46,066 nucleotides of DNA from a virus: positions 1 to 46,066 of IMG/VR virus record IMGVR_UViG_3300049927_000065. One strand, 5' to 3'. The notes below the pieces were generated by a model. It was not told where the DNA came from. It searched no databases and worked only from the letters and a program-made list of their open reading frames with translations. Shown one piece after another: positions 42,883 through 46,066 of the stretch; position 1 is the first letter of the stretch, and each line of letters opens with the position of its first letter. The position numbers and the translations under genes were made by a program.

Positions 42883-44769
42883 ATGACCCCACGACATCAA
42901 GCCGCGTTGGCTTATGCTGCCCAAGGCATACCGATATTCCCAGTCGTTGAGCGCGGTAAAGCGCCCGCGACCGAGCACGGGTTCAAGGATGCCACCACTG
43001 ACCCGGCACTGATCAGCGCATGGTTTGCCATAGGAGACTGGAATATCGGCACCGAGCCCGGCGCCTCGAACCAGCTTGTGGTCGACATCGACAACAAGAA
43101 CGGCAAGGGGGGCTCGCGCGTGTGGGCCGATCTGTGCGCTGAGCATGGCGACCCGCCGGCCACGATGATCGTGCGAACACCCAACAACGGATGGCACATC
43201 TACTTCGAGGGGACCGCGCCTTCGGGAGCGGGCACGGAGCGCCGCGGCCTCGGTCCAGGGATCGATGCCCGGTCGATCGGGGGGTACGTGTTGCTGCCGC
43301 CCAGCGTGCTCCCTACGGGCGCCTACGAGATCGTGACGCCAGGGCCGGTTGCGCCCATGCCTACATGGATCAGCGCCCGGCTGGCCCACGTCGAGCATGT
43401 CGCGGCGCTGGCCCCCGAGAACGTCGTGGTCGACCCTGAGGGCATCGAGGCGTGGGCTGCGGCCCTGATCGAGCGCACCCTTGCCAGGGACGGCCCCGCC
43501 GAGATAGGAAGCGCGCTCAACGACCGGACATTTGCGCTCGCGGCCATGCTCAAGGATGGACCCGAAGCTGGCTACACGGTAAACATCGAGACTGCCGTTG
43601 CCTTGATGCGCGATCATTGGTCCGACGAAGCGCGCGTCGAGGACACGGTGCGCAACGCCTACCGCACGGGCGAGAACGAGCCCGGATGCGGGCCGATCGG
43701 CGACCCGACGCGCAAGTATGGCGACGCGGAATATCTGGCGGAAAAATGGTGGACGCCTCCCGCCGTAACCGAACTGGTAAACGGAGGATCGATCATGTTG
43801 AAGCCGGTGGATTGGATATGGCCCGGATGGCTGGCGCGCGGCAAGTTCCACATGCTTGGAGGCGAGGGCGGCGCTGGCAAGTCGACACTGTGCTTTACCC
43901 TCATGGCTACGATCACAGTCGGGGGCAAATGGCCTAATGGCGCTCAAGCGCCCAAGGGCGATGTGCTGATATGGTCGGGCGAGGATGATACAGCCGATAC
44001 CATCTTGACCCGCATCACCGCGGCGGGAGGCGACGTGCGCCGCGTATGGTTCCCCGGCAAGGTGGCCGGGATCCGCGCCTTTGACCCAGCGATCGACTTT
44101 CCGCTCATTTTCGAGGCATGCCGCAAGCTGCCAAACCTCCAGGTCATCATGGTCGACCCTATCGTCAGCGCGAGCCAAGGCGACAGCCACAAGAACGCCG
44201 AGACACGACGCGGACTGCAGCCGCTCGTCGACTTCGCCGAGCATGTCGGCGCCGCGGTCCTAGGCGTGACCCACTTCACCAAAAACACGCAAGGGCGTAG
44301 CCCCATCGAGCGCATCACAGGCTCACTCGCATTCGGCGCGCTGCCGCGCATTGTGTGGGGCGCCGAGAAAGAGGAAGACGAAGCAGCCCCACGCCGGCTG
44401 GTGCGTATCAAGAGCAATATCGGGGTCAGCGGCGGGGGGTTTGAATACACCTTGGAACAGACGCCTATCAGCGAAGCGATAACTGCGCAACGGGCTGTAT
44501 GGGGCAGGGTGCTGCAAGGAAGCGCACGCGAGCTTCTGGAAGCCAAGAGCGGCGGCCAAGGCGCCAAAGCTCAAGAATTCCTCGCCGCGGTCCTGGGCGA
44601 CGCTGGCAACGCCGGTATGTTGGTGAAGGACATCAAAGCCGCCGCCGCGGCGCACAGCATATCATGGTCGACGATCGAGCGGGCCAAAGCCAAAATGCCC
44701 CGCGTCCAAGCCAAGAAAAACCTGGGCGACGGGGCGCCATGGTATTGGGTGATGCCGCCTATTGGCTAG
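42883..44769 (+). CDS. Bifunctional primase-polymerase (Prim-Pol) fused to a RecA-like/AAA_25 NTPase
   Basis: GIPIFPV...GFKDATTD...VVDIDNKNG is the Prim-Pol N-terminal signature. Walker A is GGEGGAGKST. AGGAGGGCGG-ATG at 42883. Confidence 0.85.
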   Translation: MTPRHQAALAYAAQGIPIFPVVERGKAPATEHGFKDATTDPALISAWFAIGDWNIGTEPGASNQLVVDIDNKNGKGGSRVWADLCAEHGDPPATMIVRTPNNGWHIYFEGTAPSGAGTERRGLGPGIDARSIGGYVLLPPSVLPTGAYEIVTPGPVAPMPTWISARLAHVEHVAALAPENVVVDPEGIEAWAAALIERTLARDGPAEIGSALNDRTFALAAMLKDGPEAGYTVNIETAVALMRDHWSDEARVEDTVRNAYRTGENEPGCGPIGDPTRKYGDAEYLAEKWWTPPAVTELVNGGSIMLKPVDWIWPGWLARGKFHMLGGEGGAGKSTLCFTLMATITVGGKWPNGAQAPKGDVLIWSGEDDTADTILTRITAAGGDVRRVWFPGKVAGIRAFDPAIDFPLIFEACRKLPNLQVIMVDPIVSASQGDSHKNAETRRGLQPLVDFAEHVGAAVLGVTHFTKNTQGRSPIERITGSLAFGALPRIVWGAEKEEDEAAPRRLVRIKSNIGVSGGGFEYTLEQTPISEAITAQRAVWGRVLQGSARELLEAKSGGQGAKAQEFLAAVLGDAGNAGMLVKDIKAAAAAHSISWSTIERAKAKMPRVQAKKNLGDGAPWYWVMPPIG

Positions 44770-44942
44770 TACCCCGCCCAGTGCGGTTCCGGTTCCTCCC
44801 CATCTTCGGCCTCCATTGCGTCCAGCCATCCGTGCTTCCATGCGTAGCCGGTGTCTGTGTCTAGTCTTTCCGGCCAGTAGCGCCCATCACAGCCTGCCAT
44901 GCACGCATTCCATCCGGCCGTGTAGGCCTCTGCTTTTGTCAT
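44766..44942 (-). CDS. Small Rmf-like protein (58 aa)
   Basis: Hand-translated as MTKAEAYTAGWNACMAGCDGRYWPERLDTDTGYAWKHGWLDAMEAEDGEEPEPHWAGY. AGGAGTAGGGC-ATG. The AY.AGW...GY.W..GW..A pattern resembles ribosome-modulation-factor-like small proteins. Confidence 0.5.
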   Translation of the reverse strand: MTKAEAYTAGWNACMAGCDGRYWPERLDTDTGYAWKHGWLDAMEAEDGEEPEPHWAGY

Positions 44943-44945
44943 GCC

Positions 44946-45296
44946 CTACTCCTGAGTTGCAGTGACGATTGCGACACGCGCGAGCGCGTCCTTATTGCCC
45001 CTCTTGGTCCAGTGTGCCGCGGCTTCGTCGACCGTAAACCAGCGACAACCAGCGCTGATACGCCAACCGTCCGCGTGCTCGACCGCGAAAAAATGGTAGC
45101 CCCTAGGGTCCACTCCGAGGCATTTGTAACCTTTGGTCCAGCGCAGGTCGGTCCAGCGCAAGTCGGCCCCACGCAGGTTGATCCCGCGCAAGTCGGCCCC
45201 ACGCAGGTCGATCCCGCGCAAGTCGGCCCCACGCAAGTCAGCACCGTTGTGTTTGTACAAAATGTCGCCGGTACATCGGTGCTTAATCTCGATCAT
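44946..45296 (-). CDS. Pentapeptide-repeat protein (116 aa)
   Basis: Seven consecutive A/I/T-[DN]-L-R-[GW] pentapeptides, followed by a C-terminal domain with GCRWFTVDEAAAHW. AGGAGTAAGGGC-ATG. Confidence 0.8.
   Translation of the reverse strand: MIEIKHRCTGDILYKHNGADLRGADLRGIDLRGADLRGINLRGADLRWTDLRWTKGYKCLGVDPRGYHFFAVEHADGWRISAGCRWFTVDEAAAHWTKRGNKDALARVAIVTATQE
45136..45240. repeat. Tandem repeat, 7 x 15 bp (3.5 x 30 bp), encoding the pentapeptide repeats
   Basis: 30-mers 45181-45210 and 45211-45240 differ at 2 positions. 45151-45180 differs from 45181-45210 at 3 positions. Confidence 0.9.
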
Positions 45297-45538
45297 GCCC
45301 TTACTCCTCTGTTTAGGTTGATGAAAAAGGCCGACACTTCCACCTCGCTCATCATGATAGCCAACATCGCCCGGCGATGGCCAATCTTACGGATTTGGAG
45401 TTGGGCAACCGGGAGGTCGGCGGGGCGGGAATATTTGGCTTCAAGATGTACCACTTTGCCATTGTGTATGCCATCATAGGTGATCGCCGCACCCCGTAGG
45501 AATGCCGAAAGGTCGGGGCGCGCCCGTGTGTTTGCCAT
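45293..45538 (-). CDS. Hypothetical early protein (81 aa)
   Basis: AGGAGGTAAGGCAC-ATG. ATGA overlap with the pentapeptide gene start. Confidence 0.55.
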   Translation of the reverse strand: MANTRARPDLSAFLRGAAITYDGIHNGKVVHLEAKYSRPADLPVAQLQIRKIGHRRAMLAIMMSEVEVSAFFINLNRGVRA

Positions 45539-45556
45539 GTGCCTTACCTCCTGGTC

Positions 45557-45805
45557 TCAGAACCAGCAGTCTCGGAACCATCGGTTTCCGCTGCCGCTTG
45601 TGTCCCGGCTATGCTGACCAACCAAAACGCCCTTGGCGTTGTAGATCGAGCAATAATCAGCGGTAGCGCCATACTCCTCAGCCCACGCTCGGCATTCACG
45701 GATCGTGCGCAATTCAGCGCGGGGGCCGCGCGACCAAGAGTGTCCGCCGATCATGGCAGTGTAAAGGCCATGCCGTGGAGCAACTTTGTGGGAAGGGTTT
45801 GCCAT
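45557..45805 (-). CDS. Hypothetical early protein (82 aa)
   Basis: AGGAGTAAGACAC-ATG at 45805. It is the first gene after the AT-rich spacer. Confidence 0.55.
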   Translation of the reverse strand: MANPSHKVAPRHGLYTAMIGGHSWSRGPRAELRTIRECRAWAEEYGATADYCSIYNAKGVLVGQHSRDTSGSGNRWFRDCWF

Positions 45806-45939
45806 GTGTCTTACTCCTGTGGTTCGAGCGGGATTGCATAGCCTAGTTAGGGTGGGTGTGTCAAGGCCATCATAGACCGTCATGAGCCGGTAAGGCCGTC
45901 AGGGTTAGGCTAACTGTAAGTTGTAATTGACGGTCTTAG

Positions 45940-46066
45940 GGGTAAGACCATCACCGTCATAAAAAAGTGAGGGTTTCCGCCAACACCATCATATAGGCCC
46001 CTTATACAAAATTTGATGTTGTTACACACTTATAAGTAGAGTTAAATCTGATATGGGGTAAGACCA
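45940..46066. repeat. Terminal redundancy copy 2 (identical to 1-127)
   Basis: Same 127-nt string as the window start. The length equals a common assembler k-mer, so this may be a circularisation overlap rather than a physical DTR. Confidence 0.95.

Noticed and set aside
42883-44769. A phage RNA polymerase, which would make this an Autographiviridae-type phage.
   Set aside because: No ORF has the size or motifs of a single-subunit RNAP. The only large non-structural plus-strand ORF is clearly a Prim-Pol/AAA primase.
45136-45240. A possible CRISPR-like or minisatellite array.
   Set aside because: The units are contiguous 15-mers with no spacers. They are in frame within an ORF and encode a canonical pentapeptide-repeat motif.

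Overview
The window is one complete tailed-phage genome. Bases 1-127 are identical to 45940-46066, so the unique sequence is 45,939 bp, either circularly closed or terminally redundant. GC content is high, about 63% by eye.

The virion module is T7-like (podovirus). I found no phage RNA polymerase, integrase or repressor, so the phage is probably virulent.

Plus strand, 1.2-27.4 kb: terS, a micro-ORF, terL, portal, scaffold, a T7 gp10-like major capsid protein, two paralogous gp11-like adaptor proteins, a gp12-like nozzle, a SPRY-domain ORF, four internal virion/ejection proteins (one of 1380 aa) and three tail-fibre genes.

Minus strand, 42.75-27.4 kb, the replication genes: SNF2 helicase, DUF2800-type nuclease, gp2.5-like SSB, a family A DNA polymerase split in two by an amino-methyltransferase gene, a resolvase-like nuclease, a C5-cytosine methyltransferase, a metallophosphoesterase, an Ndt-like protein and a DUF3310 protein.

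An unusual lysis cassette follows on the same strand: holin, a 24-aa TM micro-ORF, a GH19 endolysin with a C-terminal TM anchor, a low-GC PD40/TolB-like propeller, and overlapped spanins.

A Prim-Pol/AAA primase sits alone on the plus strand at 42.9-44.8 kb.

Small early genes on the minus strand wrap across the junction (718->172, then 45805->44766). They include a pentapeptide-repeat protein built from near-perfect 15/30-bp tandem repeats.

The non-coding control regions (1-171, 719-1200, 36849-37037, 42755-42882) carry repeats, palindromes and sigma70-like promoter candidates.

All functional calls come from motifs I recognised by eye in the supplied translations; no database search was run.
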